DNA of 64,000 nucleotides, from contig CAVSHR010000004.1 in NCBI GenBank assembly GCA_963727625.1, forward strand, positions 1,152,001 to 1,216,000, given 5' to 3'. Numbering within the stretch: the stretch's first letter is position 1; each line of letters opens with the position of its first letter. A program made the position numbers and the translations under genes. The notes beneath the pieces are model-generated. The model did no database searches. It saw nothing but the letters and a program-made list of their open reading frames with translations, and was not told the DNA's origin. The stretch is from an uncultured delta proteobacterium (GTDB lineage Bacteria; Desulfobacterota; Binatia; UBA9968). Shown here one piece after another: positions 30,410 to 40,648 of the stretch.

Positions 30410-30718
30410 TTAAGAACAATCAAGCCTCTGCGTGTCACTGACCAGGATCACGTCTACCTGAATCAGGAAGGGTATTCGATCAACTTTCACACCCGGCGAC
30501 GAAAGAGCCGGTATCCGGCGCTTCGCGTGAAAGAGATCAGGGAGCGAAAGCCCTACACGATGCGCCACAGGTTCATCTCAGTGGGGTTAACGAACGGCTT
30601 CAACATCAAGTGACTCGCAGACTATTGCGGAACATCGGTTGCGATGATCGAAAAGCACTACGGAAAGTACATCCGGAACGATTCAGTGGAGCAGTTGAGC
30701 CGGCTTTTTGGGGGCGAA
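30410..30718 (+). pseudogene. C-terminal remnant of a tyrosine recombinase/integrase
   Basis: RKPYTMRHRFIS ... NIK*LADYCGTSVAMIEKHYGKY matches integrase box II (xxxRH, G[H/T]S, catalytic Tyr); in-frame TGA; 5' part missing at the IS5 end; adjacent to the tRNA 3' end. Confidence 0.8.
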
Positions 30719-30741
30719 AGTGCAACCTTGAGTGCAACCTT
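30719..30741. repeat. Tandem 11-bp direct repeat AGTGCAACCTT x2, candidate integrase arm-type sites
   Basis: AGTGCAACCTT-G-AGTGCAACCTT lies between the integrase remnant and the tRNA 3' end. Confidence 0.55.
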
Positions 30742-30800
30742 CGCGTCTCAAGAGCGGCAGAAAGTGGCGCAAGTAGTAGGAAAAATAAGAGGAAGAGGGT

Positions 30801-30877
30801 TGGTGGGCCCACCTGGACTCGAACCAGGGACCAACCGGTTATGAGCCGGTGGCTCTAACCAACTGAGCTATGGGCCC
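30801..30877 (-). tRNA. tRNA with CAT anticodon, most likely tRNA-Ile2 (lysidine type)
   Basis: GGGCCCA-TAGCTCAGTTGGTTAGAGC-C-ACCGG-CTCATAA-CCGGT-TGGTC-CCTGG-TTCGAGT-CCAGG-TGGGCCC-ACCA; G1-C72 paired (not initiator); C4/C5 acceptor pairs; lies downstream of rpoD as ileX does. Confidence 0.95.
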
Positions 30878-30971
30878 GTAGGGGATTTGAAATTTTGGAT
30901 TTTCGATTGCGGATTCTACGCTGGCAGCTCCACGGCCTTTTTGCAAGGTCGTCGCCACAGCCGCCGCCCAT

Positions 30972-32846
30972 CTAGCTTTCCATAAAGCTCTTGAGCCGCT
31001 TGCTCCGGCTCGGATGGCGCAGCTTGCGCAGCGCCTTGGCTTCGATCTGGCGAATGCGCTCGCGGGTCACGGTAAATTTCTGCCCCACTTCTTCGAGCGT
31101 ATGATCGGACTTTTCGCCAATACCGAAGCGCATGCGCAACACCTGCTCTTCGCGCGGCGTCAAAGTCGCCAGCACTTTGCGGGTTTGCTCCTGCAGGTTG
31201 ATGTTCACCACCGCGTCCGAAGGCGTGATGATGCGTTTGTCTTCGATAAAATCGCCGAGATGGCTGTCTTCCTCCTCGCCCACCGGCGTTTCCAGAGAGA
31301 TCGGCTCCTTGGCGATCTTCAAAACTTTGCGCACCTTGTCGAGCGGAATTTCCATCTTGGTGGCAATCTCTTCGGGGGTCGGCTCGCGGCCGATCTCCTG
31401 AACCAGATAGCGGGACGTCCGGATCAGCTTATTGATGGTCTCGATCATATGCACGGGAATCCGAATCGTCCTGGCTTGGTCGGCGATCGCGCGCGTGATC
31501 GCTTGGCGAATCCACCAAGTCGCGTAGGTGGAAAATTTGTAGCCGCGCTGATATTCGAATTTATCCACCGCCTTCATCAGTCCGATGTTGCCCTCTTGAA
31601 TCAGATCGAGAAATTGCAAGCCGCGATTGGTGTATTTCTTGGCGATGCTCACGACCAGGCGCAGATTGGCTTCGATCAACTCCTTTTTCGCCAAGTTGGC
31701 TTTGGTCTCGCCTTCGATGATGGACCAAACCCGCCGCTTGATTTCTTCGGCGGCCATTTCCAAATCCTTTTCAATATGGCGGATGTCGCGCCGAGCGGAG
31801 CGAATCTCTTCGCCCATCTGGACAACCGCGTCGTGCCCCAGGCGCACCGAGGAAAAGATTTTCTGCCAATTTTTCTTGCGCCCGTCGGCCTCGGACACGA
31901 TCTTTAAAATCTCGCTCGAGGGCTTGCCGACGCGACGTTCGAACTCCTTGGTTCGGCGCTCGAGGGTTTGCACCCGCTCCATCGCTCGTTTGAGACCGTC
32001 GGCGATGGCTTCGGTTTGTTTGCGGTTGAGCTGCAGAGCCTTGAGGCTGTTGACGATTTTGTCGTTGTATTTGGCGATGCTGTCGAGCAGTGCACGGCGC
32101 CGCCGCGCCGAGATCCGTTTGGCGTCCAGCTGGTGGCGGAGCTTTTCCCGGTCGTTGGCGATACGCCGAATCTTGCCGATTTGATCAAGCAGTCGTTTCT
32201 CGTGAACTTCTTCCTCTTCGAAGTCCTCGCTTTCTTCGTCAGTCTCGTCTTTGATGATTTCCCGGACGCGAATTTCATGCTGCTGCAGCTTTTCGCCGAG
32301 ATCTAAAATATAGGTCAACGCCAGCGGACTGGACAGCACCCCATCGATGACCCGCTTCTCGCCTTCTTCGATCTTCTTGGCAATCTCGACTTCGCCTTCG
32401 CGGCTCAACAGCGAGACCGTGCCCATTTCGCGCAAATACATACGCACCGGATCGCCGGTCTTACCGACCACGTCGCTGTCGACATCGCTTTCGGATTCCT
32501 TTTCCTCCTCTTCCTCTTCGACGAGTTCCTCGCCGGTGGCGCCAAGCGTGACCCGCTGATTGGAATCGACCACTTCGATTTCCATTTCACCAAAGATCGT
32601 CATGACATCGTCGATCTGGTCCGGCGACACCACCTCTGCAGGAAGCATGTCGTTAACATCGTCGTAGGTCAGATAGCCCTTCTCCTTGCCCAAGTCGATA
32701 AGCTTCTTGACCTGCTTCATGTTCTTCTTCTCCGCCGGTTGAGCGGAGGCGACAAAGGCGGGCTTCGATTTGGCTACCGGGTGGTTGGTTTCGGCTCGAG
32801 TTTTAGGTGATCTAGCTGGCGTTCTTTTCGCCCGAGGTCTTGCCAT
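30972..32846 (-). CDS. rpoD: RNA polymerase primary sigma factor sigma-70
   Basis: Region 1.1, [61 protein letters not shown]. Confidence 0.99.
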   Translation of the reverse strand: MARPRAKRTPARSPKTRAETNHPVAKSKPAFVASAQPAEKKNMKQVKKLIDLGKEKGYLTYDDVNDMLPAEVVSPDQIDDVMTIFGEMEIEVVDSNQRVTLGATGEELVEEEEEEKESESDVDSDVVGKTGDPVRMYLREMGTVSLLSREGEVEIAKKIEEGEKRVIDGVLSSPLALTYILDLGEKLQQHEIRVREIIKDETDEESEDFEEEEVHEKRLLDQIGKIRRIANDREKLRHQLDAKRISARRRRALLDSIAKYNDKIVNSLKALQLNRKQTEAIADGLKRAMERVQTLERRTKEFERRVGKPSSEILKIVSEADGRKKNWQKIFSSVRLGHDAVVQMGEEIRSARRDIRHIEKDLEMAAEEIKRRVWSIIEGETKANLAKKELIEANLRLVVSIAKKYTNRGLQFLDLIQEGNIGLMKAVDKFEYQRGYKFSTYATWWIRQAITRAIADQARTIRIPVHMIETINKLIRTSRYLVQEIGREPTPEEIATKMEIPLDKVRKVLKIAKEPISLETPVGEEEDSHLGDFIEDKRIITPSDAVVNINLQEQTRKVLATLTPREEQVLRMRFGIGEKSDHTLEEVGQKFTVTRERIRQIEAKALRKLRHPSRSKRLKSFMES

Positions 32847-34570
32847 TCTAGTATCCTTTCTCTCTTCGCTTTTTCATCGTTCTGTTCTTCCGCGGCGCGA
32901 ATTCCAGAACGCTCATCCCGTTTCCGTGCTTTTATGCGCTTGCGCCTTAAGTGCGCCAAACAATCGGCCGCTATTTTGGCACACTCCGTGTCGGAGAAAT
33001 TATCTCCCTCTAAAGCCAAGGCCGCCATCTCGCCGGCGATTTCCGGCGGCAAGTCTTGGGTCAACCGAGAAACATCGATATTCCCATGTTCTTGCCACTC
33101 GGCAACGAGTCCGTCAACCGCCGGGCGCCACTTCGGAGAAAATCCCTGCCGCGCTTCATCATCGCCCGCCACACGATCAATTACCGCAGACAAGCGGAGC
33201 ATCATACTAACAAGCAGCCGCTCCGCCTTGTCTTCGCGACCCGTGGCCGAGACCGATGTGGGCGGATTGGCGGGCACCACGCGCCGAAGGCCCGGCGTCG
33301 CCGCTTGGCGACGCAACAAATCTTCACGAATCCCCAAGCGATCGACGGCCCGAGCGATCAGCAGATCAACTTCAAAGGCATTGGTCACCTTTCCCAACAC
33401 CCGGCTCAACTCGCCGGCGATTTGAAGCTTTCCCTCGATGGTTTGGCCGTGGCGTTGTGCCAGCCAGGTAAAATAATAATCCGCCATAGGCACCGCTGCA
33501 TCCAGGGCCGCTTCCAATGCCGCTTTGCCGCGCCTTCGAACGAAGCTATCGGGGTCCTCCCCCTTCGGCAAAAACGCCGCGCGTCCGAGCAGCCCGCCTT
33601 CGACGAAGATCTCAAAGCTGCGTGCGGCGGCTTTTTGCCCGGCCTCGTCGCCGTCGAAGAGCGCGATGATGTTTTTTGTGTAGCGTGACAACACGCGCAC
33701 ATGATCGGCGGTCAACGCGGTTCCGAGAGTCGCCACGGCGTAGGAGACCTCATGCTGCGACAAGGCAATGACGTCGAGATAGCCTTCGACGACAACCACC
33801 CGGTCCGCTTTGCGAATGCCTTCCTTCGCCTGATTGAGCCCGTAGAGCGTTGAGCCCTTGTGAAAGAGCGGTGTCTCGCTGGAGTTGAGGTACTTGGGCA
33901 AACCGTGATCCAACACCCGGCCGCCGAAGGCGACGACCTTGCCGGCCGGACTGATGATCGGAAAGATCACTCGGGCAAAGAATTTTTCGTAGAACTTTTG
34001 CGGCGCACGCTGACCGATAAGGCCGAGACGGCAAGCCTCGGTGGTCGAAATATTTTCTTGACTGAAAAGCTTGAAGAGTCCGGAACCGGTTTGCGGCGCG
34101 TATCCCAACATGAATTTTCGTGTCGTCGCATCGTCAACGCCGCGAGATTTTAGGTATTCGAGCGCCTTTTTGCCCTCCGGATGAGTGAAGAGAAGTTTAT
34201 GATAGTTGGCTGCTGCGCTTTCGTTTATGCGGTAAAGCCTTTCTCGTTCGCCGCTCTGCGAAGAATTCGCCGGCTGGCCATCGCGCTCGACCACGATGCC
34301 GTAGCGTTTGGCGACGCGCTCCACCGCCTCGGGAAAGGTCAGGTGATCGTACTGCATGAGAAAATTAAAGACCCCGCCGCCGGACTGGCAGCCGAAACAG
34401 TGATAGATGCCTTTTTCTTCGCTGACCGTAAAAGAAGGGGTTTTCTCGCCGTGAAAAGGACAGAGCCCCATGTAGTTGCGGCCGGACTTCTTTAATGTCA
34501 CGTAGTCCGAGATGACCTCGACAATGGAGGCCCGGTGGCGAATTTCGGCGATCTTGTCCTGGCTAATCAT
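32774..34570 (-). CDS. dnaG: DNA primase
   Basis: CHC2 zinc finger CPFH...[31 protein letters not shown] / FDGDEAG. Confidence 0.98.
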   Translation of the reverse strand: MISQDKIAEIRHRASIVEVISDYVTLKKSGRNYMGLCPFHGEKTPSFTVSEEKGIYHCFGCQSGGGVFNFLMQYDHLTFPEAVERVAKRYGIVVERDGQPANSSQSGERERLYRINESAAANYHKLLFTHPEGKKALEYLKSRGVDDATTRKFMLGYAPQTGSGLFKLFSQENISTTEACRLGLIGQRAPQKFYEKFFARVIFPIISPAGKVVAFGGRVLDHGLPKYLNSSETPLFHKGSTLYGLNQAKEGIRKADRVVVVEGYLDVIALSQHEVSYAVATLGTALTADHVRVLSRYTKNIIALFDGDEAGQKAAARSFEIFVEGGLLGRAAFLPKGEDPDSFVRRRGKAALEAALDAAVPMADYYFTWLAQRHGQTIEGKLQIAGELSRVLGKVTNAFEVDLLIARAVDRLGIREDLLRRQAATPGLRRVVPANPPTSVSATGREDKAERLLVSMMLRLSAVIDRVAGDDEARQGFSPKWRPAVDGLVAEWQEHGNIDVSRLTQDLPPEIAGEMAALALEGDNFSDTECAKIAADCLAHLRRKRIKARKRDERSGIRAAEEQNDEKAKRERILEWQDLGRKERQLDHLKLEPKPTTR

Positions 34571-34579
34571 TGCCGGTGG

Positions 34580-35089
34580 TTAGAGCCGCCTCGCGCTATC
34601 GCCGGTAAAAATCTTTTCCCTGCCAAAGCGAATCAGGTCATGGCCAAGCTTGGATAAGGGTTGAGCCAGATAGGAACCTTCGAACTTGTCGCGCGTCGGT
34701 TGCGGCAGCAATGAATTTGAATTGAGCAGGAAAACCGCCAAGGCGCATAGCGCGGTGCCCTTGCCCAGGCCGAGGGCGATGCCGCCGGTGCGATTGAGAG
34801 TCTTCAGAAACAATAGTTTTTCCGAGCGATGGAGCAGCCAGCCGATCAGATTGAGCGCAAAATACACAATAAAAAAAATGCTCACGAAAGCCACGCCTTT
34901 TTGCACAAACGGAGAAATGCGCCAATGACTCGGGAAAAGCGCGGCAATTTCTTGGTCATATGCAACCGCTACCATGAAACCCGCAACCAGACCGGCCAGC
35001 GAAAACAGCTCGCGGAAAAAACCGCGAAAGTAGCCCCGCAAGCCAAATAAAGCGAAAAATCCGAGGAGAATCAAATCGACCCAGTTCAC
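34580..35089 (-). CDS. cvpA: CvpA (colicin V production) family membrane protein
   Basis: NWVDLI...GLRGYFRGFFRELFSLAG, LNRTGGIALG; GTG start inferred. Confidence 0.88.
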   Translation of the reverse strand: MNWVDLILLGFFALFGLRGYFRGFFRELFSLAGLVAGFMVAVAYDQEIAALFPSHWRISPFVQKGVAFVSIFFIVYFALNLIGWLLHRSEKLLFLKTLNRTGGIALGLGKGTALCALAVFLLNSNSLLPQPTRDKFEGSYLAQPLSKLGHDLIRFGREKIFTGDSARRL

Positions 35090-35258
35090 CGGAAGAGTCC
35101 AGGAAAGATACCTAAGTCGTATCACGATAAGATGGGCGAATCGAATCAACGAGTCACATGGTTAACGGCAGTTCCGGATCATACCACCGCACTGGCTGCC
35201 TGTGATCCTTCGACCCGTTCCGTTTGGCGACCGGATGATCCCTCGTAGAGTCGGCAGT

Positions 35259-35705
35259 CTATCCTTCGAGAAGCCCCTTCGCCAACTCATTCACCCGCTT
35301 ACCGTCGCTGCGGCCGGAAACCTTGGGCATGACCAGCTTCATGACCTTACCGAGGTCCTGAATGCCCCGGGCGCCGGTTTCGGCGATACAGGCCTGAATG
35401 AGACCCTTAACTTCGTCTTCGGAAAGTTGTTGCGGCAAGAAGCGCTTGAGGACGGCCAATTCGCCATCCTCCTTAACGGCTAAGTCTTCTCGCCCGCCTC
35501 TACGGTACAAGTCAATCGCTTCGTTTCGCTGTTTGCACAGGGTCGCGATCGTTCGCTGTATATCTTCCCTGCTCAGTTCCCCACGGATTCGAATCTCTTC
35601 ATTGTGCAGCGCCGACAGCAGCAGCCGAAGCGTCGAAAGGGTGACCCGATCGCCGCTTTTCATGGCCTGCTTGACGGCTTCTTGAATCTCGGCCTTAAGT
35701 TCCAT
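35259..35705 (-). CDS. GatB/YqeY domain protein
   Basis: KQAMKSGD...LRLL, KQRNEAIDLYRRGGREDL, FLPQQLS, DLGKVMK; follows rpsU. Confidence 0.95.
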   Translation of the reverse strand: MELKAEIQEAVKQAMKSGDRVTLSTLRLLLSALHNEEIRIRGELSREDIQRTIATLCKQRNEAIDLYRRGGREDLAVKEDGELAVLKRFLPQQLSEDEVKGLIQACIAETGARGIQDLGKVMKLVMPKVSGRSDGKRVNELAKGLLEG

Positions 35706-35739
35706 CGCTCAAGATTACGAAAACCTCTGGCGCCGATTT

Positions 35740-35934
35740 TTAGAAAGAGTGTCGTACCCTGCGCATCGCGCGCTTCTTCGCGGCGATCGCCTTCTTTTTC
35801 TTCTTCACGCTGGGTTTTTCGTAATGCTCACGTTTGCGCAGTTCGGCAAGAATACCAGCCTTTTCGCAGAGCTTTTTGAAGCGGCGGATTGCACTCTCGA
35901 TGGATTCATTATCTCGAACTCTGACTCCCGTCAT
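35740..35934 (-). CDS. rpsU: 30S ribosomal protein S21
   Basis: [30 protein letters not shown]. Confidence 0.98.
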   Translation of the reverse strand: MTGVRVRDNESIESAIRRFKKLCEKAGILAELRKREHYEKPSVKKKKKAIAAKKRAMRRVRHSF

Positions 35935-36150
35935 AAAATCAATCACCCCCGATCCAACCAGATCGTTTTACATCCGCTGATGATTTTAGCGTATTTGCCT
36001 TGCAAGTCAAGTAAATCGCTTGAAAAATGAACACTTTGGAGGCACTTGACGGCTTGCTAAGCAGATTCTTCGCGAGCGGCGAAAGGGCTTCGACACCGGC
36101 GGCACACAAACGACTGAGAAAATTTTGAATTATGCGCGACGGCGGTCCCG

Positions 36151-36912
36151 CTAACGCTTTGGACTCCTTGCGCTCGGTAAATTTGGCCTGAAGCGGAGCT
36201 TGTGCAATTTTTCCGGGAAGTCGGAAATTAATCCTTGCACGCCGAGCGCAACAAAAGCTTCCATCTCGCGCACTTCGTTCACCGTCCAGACATGAACGTC
36301 CAAACCTTCTTCCCAGGCCTGCGTGAGAAAATTTCGCGTCGCCAGGGCCTTTTGAACGTGAATGGATTTCGCTTCCAGCCGTCGCGCCGCCGCAAATGGA
36401 TCTGCTGTGCTCCGCGAACCGCAAAGGATAGCCAGTGTCGCCTCCGGCGCCAGTTCCCGAACCCGGGCCAAACAACGATAGTCGAAAGATGACAGGATCG
36501 TGCGGTCCAAGTAGTCGTAGCGACTTAATATAAACAAGATTTTTATTTCGATGCCCGGTGACGCCGCTGGGTAGGATTTAATTTCCAAGCATAAATCGAC
36601 GCGACCGGCGAAGATCTCCAGCGCCTCCTCCAGCGTGAGGATGCGTTCTCCTTTGAAAGATTTTTTTCGCCATTGGCCGATATCGAGCGCCTTGAGCTGG
36701 TCGAGCCTTTTGCTCTTTAATGCGCCGCGGACGCCCGCCGTTCGCAGCAAGCGTTCGTCGTGAAAAATCACCACATGGCCGTCCTCAGTCAATTGGCAGT
36801 CGAACTCGATCATGTCGACACCCGCTTCGATCGCCTTGACAAAAGCGAGCCGAGTGTTTTCCGGATACTTTCCCGAAGCGCCGCGGTGAGCGATGGTTTT
36901 AATGCCAGGCAT
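36151..36912 (-). CDS. Glycerophosphodiester phosphodiesterase family protein
   Basis: IAHRGAS..YPENT, EFDCQLTEDG...HD, LEIK, WTVN, ISDFP. Confidence 0.95.
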   Translation of the reverse strand: MPGIKTIAHRGASGKYPENTRLAFVKAIEAGVDMIEFDCQLTEDGHVVIFHDERLLRTAGVRGALKSKRLDQLKALDIGQWRKKSFKGERILTLEEALEIFAGRVDLCLEIKSYPAASPGIEIKILFILSRYDYLDRTILSSFDYRCLARVRELAPEATLAILCGSRSTADPFAAARRLEAKSIHVQKALATRNFLTQAWEEGLDVHVWTVNEVREMEAFVALGVQGLISDFPEKLHKLRFRPNLPSARSPKR

Positions 36913-36974
36913 GATTCAGCGAGGGCATGGCGCCGGCGAAGCATTCTCCGCTCGAAAGCCTTTTTTCAGAATTT

Positions 36975-37724
36975 TTATGCGGCATCGTCATCGGCGGCTT
37001 TCAGATATATTAAAAATTCTTTGTTGCCCTTGGGCCCGAGCAGCGGCGATTCGGTGACGCCCAGAACTTGGTAGTGCTGCTCCGCCGCCGCACGTTTGAT
37101 CTCGTCGATCACTCGGGCGTGCTCCTCTGGGACGCGCACCACTCCGCCTTTCCCCACCTTGCCCTTGCCGACCTCAAACTGCGGCTTGATGAGCGCGATC
37201 ACCTCGTGGCGCGCCGTGGCCAGCGCGCGCAACCGGGGCAGGACCAGTTTGAGCGAGATAAACGAGACATCGATTGTTGCAAGATCGGCGGGATAGGGTA
37301 ACGAGCTCGGCTCGAAATAACGAATGTTGGACTTTTCGAATACGACGACGCGCGGATCATTGCGCAGTTTCCAGTCGAGTTGGCCATAACCGACGTCGAC
37401 CGCGAACACTTTGACGGCGCCGTGAGCGAGCAAGCAATCGGTAAAACCGCCGGTGGATGCGCCGATATCGATCGCCGTCTTGCCGCTCAAGTCGATGGCG
37501 AATTCGCCGAGCGCCTTCTCCAACTTGAAACCGCCGCGGCTGACATATCGGGAAGCGGTTTTGAGCCGGACCGGCGCGCTCTGGTCTATTAAGCTGCCGG
37601 CCTTGGTCACCGCTTGATCGTTGACAAGCACTTCGCCCGCCAAGATCCTGCGCCGGCCTTCTTCCCGGCTGTTCACCAGCCGGCGGTCGAGCAGCAATAG
37701 ATCTAAGCGCTGCCTCTTTCCCAT
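36975..37724 (-). CDS. tlyA: TlyA family rRNA 2'-O-methyltransferase
   Basis: S4 domain, YVSRGGFKL, DIGASTGGFTDCLL, DVSFISL, LIKPQFE, GPKGNKEFL. Confidence 0.96.
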   Translation of the reverse strand: MGKRQRLDLLLLDRRLVNSREEGRRRILAGEVLVNDQAVTKAGSLIDQSAPVRLKTASRYVSRGGFKLEKALGEFAIDLSGKTAIDIGASTGGFTDCLLAHGAVKVFAVDVGYGQLDWKLRNDPRVVVFEKSNIRYFEPSSLPYPADLATIDVSFISLKLVLPRLRALATARHEVIALIKPQFEVGKGKVGKGGVVRVPEEHARVIDEIKRAAAEQHYQVLGVTESPLLGPKGNKEFLIYLKAADDDAA

Positions 37725-39631
37725 CCCTCCCTGCCGCGCTTCTTTGCACGCCGGACCATCTGCAACACCGCCTGAGCGATGGCGTCTTTATCGAAACCGC
37801 AAAGTTTCTTGAGCTCATCTTGCGTGCCATGGGGAATAAAACGGTCCGGCACGCCGAGCCGTTTAACTGCAACGCCGCTGAAGCCCTCATCGGCAAGAAA
37901 TTCGATCAAGGCGCTGCCGAAGCCGCCCATGATCACGTGATCTTCGACGGTGATCAACCGCGGCACGCGCGCCAGCAAATCGCGAAACAAATCCCTATCC
38001 AGTGGCTTGACGAAGCGGGTGTTGACCACTGCGGCGTCGATGCCCAGCGGCGCGAGATCGTCGGCGGCTTTCACGGCCGGCATGACCGTATCGCCGATGG
38101 CCGCAATCACAATATCCTTGCCGTCGCGCAATAGCTCGGCTTTACCGATCTCAAGGTTTTTCATTTCCGGGTCCATGTTGACGCCCCAGCCTTCGCCGCG
38201 CGGGTAGCGTAAAGAGATCGGACCGGAATGATCGATGGCGGTCTTGAGCATATGCTGCAGTTCGTTTTCATCCTTTGGCGCCATGATGACGATGTTAGGC
38301 ATCGACCGCATGTAGGCGAAGTCGAAGACGCCATGGTGCGTCGGCCCGTCGGCGCCCACCAGCCCGCCGCGGTCCAGGGCGAAGACCACATGCAGATTCT
38401 GCAGGCAGACATCGTGCAGGATCTCGTCGTAGCCGCGCTGGAGGAATGTCGAATAGATCGCAACGACGGGAATGCATCCCTCGGTGGCCATGCCGGCGGC
38501 AAAGGTCACGGCGTGCTGTTCGGCAATGCCGACGTCATAGGTCCGCGCCGGAAACTCGCGCGCCAGCTTGTCGATGCCGGTGCCGCTGCCCATCGCCGCG
38601 GTGATGCCGACCACCTTGGGATTTTCATTGGCAAGGCGGAGCAAAGACCGGCCAAACGCTTCTGTGTAGGTAGGGATCGGCCCTTTTTCTTTCTTGGCCT
38701 TGCCGGTGAGCACATGAAACGGCGTCACGCCGTGAAATTTAATCGGATCCTGTTCCGCCGGCGCGTAACCCTTGCCTTTTTTCGTCAACACATGGACCAG
38801 CGTCGGACCGTCGATCTTTTTGACGTTCTCCAGCGTCGCGATCATCTCACTCAAGTTATGACCGTTGATCGGCCCGACGTATTGAAACCCCAAACTTTCG
38901 AACAGAAATCCCGGGGTCACTAAACTTAGAAAAGAATCGCGCATTTTGCGCGCCAGATGCTTGAGGTTCTCGCCGCTGGGCAGGCTTTTTAACAAACTGG
39001 AAAGGTTTTTCTGCAAGCGCACGCCGAGATCGGTGGTGAATTGTTTGCTCAAAAACGACGACACCGCGCCGACTCGGGGGTCGATAAAATGCTCGTTATC
39101 GTTTAGTACCACGATCAAATCGCGGTCAAGATGGCCGGCCGAGTTCAAGCCCTCGTAGGTCAAACCCGCGCTCAAGCCGCCGTCGCTGATGACCGCGACA
39201 ACCTTACGATTCGAACCTTCGAGAACATTGGCTTCGACCATTCCGAGCGCAGCCGAGATCGAGGTGCCGGCATGACCGGCGCCGAACACATCGTATTCGC
39301 TCTCTTCGCGGCTCAAAAACCCGCTCAAGCCGCCGAACTGGCGGATCGTCGCCAGGCGATCGCGACGGCCGCAGATTAATTTATGGGCGTAGGCCTGGTG
39401 CCCGGTGTCCCATACAATGCGATCTTCGGGCGTATTGAAAACGTAGTGCAGCGCCAATGTCAGCTCCACCGCGCCGAGCGTCGAAGCGAAATGACCGCCG
39501 ACCTCCGACACCACGGAAATGACTTCTTCGCGGATTTCCACGGCGAGCTGATTCAATTCGTCCACCGACAAACGCCGGATATCGCGCGGATATTCAACTC
39601 CATCCAACAAGCGAGTCATACCTTTGTTCAT
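37703..39631 (-). CDS. dxs: 1-deoxy-D-xylulose-5-phosphate synthase
   Basis: WDTGHQAYAHK, AGHAGTSISAALG, DVGIAEQHAVTFAAG, IYSTFLQRGYD, DGPTHHG. Confidence 0.98.
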   Translation of the reverse strand: MNKGMTRLLDGVEYPRDIRRLSVDELNQLAVEIREEVISVVSEVGGHFASTLGAVELTLALHYVFNTPEDRIVWDTGHQAYAHKLICGRRDRLATIRQFGGLSGFLSREESEYDVFGAGHAGTSISAALGMVEANVLEGSNRKVVAVISDGGLSAGLTYEGLNSAGHLDRDLIVVLNDNEHFIDPRVGAVSSFLSKQFTTDLGVRLQKNLSSLLKSLPSGENLKHLARKMRDSFLSLVTPGFLFESLGFQYVGPINGHNLSEMIATLENVKKIDGPTLVHVLTKKGKGYAPAEQDPIKFHGVTPFHVLTGKAKKEKGPIPTYTEAFGRSLLRLANENPKVVGITAAMGSGTGIDKLAREFPARTYDVGIAEQHAVTFAAGMATEGCIPVVAIYSTFLQRGYDEILHDVCLQNLHVVFALDRGGLVGADGPTHHGVFDFAYMRSMPNIVIMAPKDENELQHMLKTAIDHSGPISLRYPRGEGWGVNMDPEMKNLEIGKAELLRDGKDIVIAAIGDTVMPAVKAADDLAPLGIDAAVVNTRFVKPLDRDLFRDLLARVPRLITVEDHVIMGGFGSALIEFLADEGFSGVAVKRLGVPDRFIPHGTQDELKKLCGFDKDAIAQAVLQMVRRAKKRGREGWERGSA

Positions 39632-39646
39632 CTCCTTGGTGAAAAG

Positions 39647-40585
39647 TTAAGCATTTTTGTGAAGCGCCCGGACGACCACATGCCGCGCGATGGCTGCGAG
39701 CGGCCGCGCGCGCGCGCCAAAGGAGTCGAGCTCTTGCAGGGCCAGTTGCAGCAGCTCTCCGAGGCGCTCGCGCGCCTGCGCGATGCCGAGGATGAGCGGA
39801 TAGGTCGCTTTTTTTTGTTCATTGTGTCCGCTCTCACCCTTTTCGCCCGCCGCAGTTTCACCCTGCGCATCTAAAATATCGTCTGCAATCTGGAAAGCCA
39901 ACCCTAAATATTCGCCGAAGCGCGTGATCTTGGCCAAGTCATCGCCCGCCGCCGACCCTAGCCGGGCACCGATCCGGATCGAAGCCAAAATCAACGCGCC
40001 GGTCTTGCGCACATGGATCGCTTCGACCGTTGCCAGGTTCGCTTCTTTCTCTTCCGCTTCCAGATCAAGGGCCTGGCCGCCCACTAACCCCAGAGTTCCA
40101 GCCGCGTGGGATAACTCGTGGACCAGTTGCAACGCTAAAGCCGGGGCAATCCCGCGTGTCGCATCAGCGTCGGACATCAAGTGAAATGCTTCGGTCAGCA
40201 AACCGTCACCGGCCAGCAGCGCCATGCCTTCGCCGAAAACTTTATGGTTCGCCGGTTCGCCGCGACGTAAATCGTCGTTATCGAGCGCCGGCAGATCATC
40301 GTGAATCAAAGAGTAGGCGTGGATCATTTCCACCGCGCAGGCAAAGGGCAACAAACGATCCTGCGGCGCGCTGAATTGTTCTCCAGCCGCAAGAGTCAGA
40401 ATCGGCCGGATCCGTTTGCCGCCGGGAAACACGCCGTAACGCATGGCACGAAAAATCGTTTGCGCGTCACTCGGATATTTGCTCAGGTAACTTTCGAGGG
40501 CGCGGTCGATGATCGATGTTTGCTTCTCCAGGTAATCGTCCAGGTCGAATTTGCCTGCGGCATTGGAATTCATCGAAATGGCCAA
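39647..40585 (-). CDS. ispA: Farnesyl diphosphate synthase / geranyltranstransferase
   Basis: GGKRIRP, HDDLPALDNDDLRRG (FARM), KTGALI, FQIADDILD (SARM); directly upstream of dxs. Confidence 0.93.
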   Translation of the reverse strand: MAISMNSNAAGKFDLDDYLEKQTSIIDRALESYLSKYPSDAQTIFRAMRYGVFPGGKRIRPILTLAAGEQFSAPQDRLLPFACAVEMIHAYSLIHDDLPALDNDDLRRGEPANHKVFGEGMALLAGDGLLTEAFHLMSDADATRGIAPALALQLVHELSHAAGTLGLVGGQALDLEAEEKEANLATVEAIHVRKTGALILASIRIGARLGSAAGDDLAKITRFGEYLGLAFQIADDILDAQGETAAGEKGESGHNEQKKATYPLILGIAQARERLGELLQLALQELDSFGARARPLAAIARHVVVRALHKNA

Positions 40586-40648
40586 GAAAATATTTCCCCG
40601 AGTTCAGTTTATCACTTCTCTGCCCAACCCTTCAAATTCCGCCCGCGC

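Larger units (their letters stand above)
1..30800. mobile_element. Probable degraded genomic island integrated at the tRNA(CAT) 3' end; left boundary not seen
   Basis: tRNA 3' end, integrase remnant, IS and MITE; abrupt switch from core genes to redundant catabolic and transport genes. Confidence 0.55.

Noticed and set aside
30801-30877. Initiator tRNA-fMet call
   Set aside because: G1-C72 is paired and the anticodon stem lacks the three consecutive G-C pairs of initiators; elongator Met cannot be fully excluded
31014-31907. Long antisense ORFs (here and at 19481-20488, 55529-56401, 59191-60087, 1030-1755)
   Set aside because: They shadow well-supported genes on the opposite strand, as expected in GC-rich DNA
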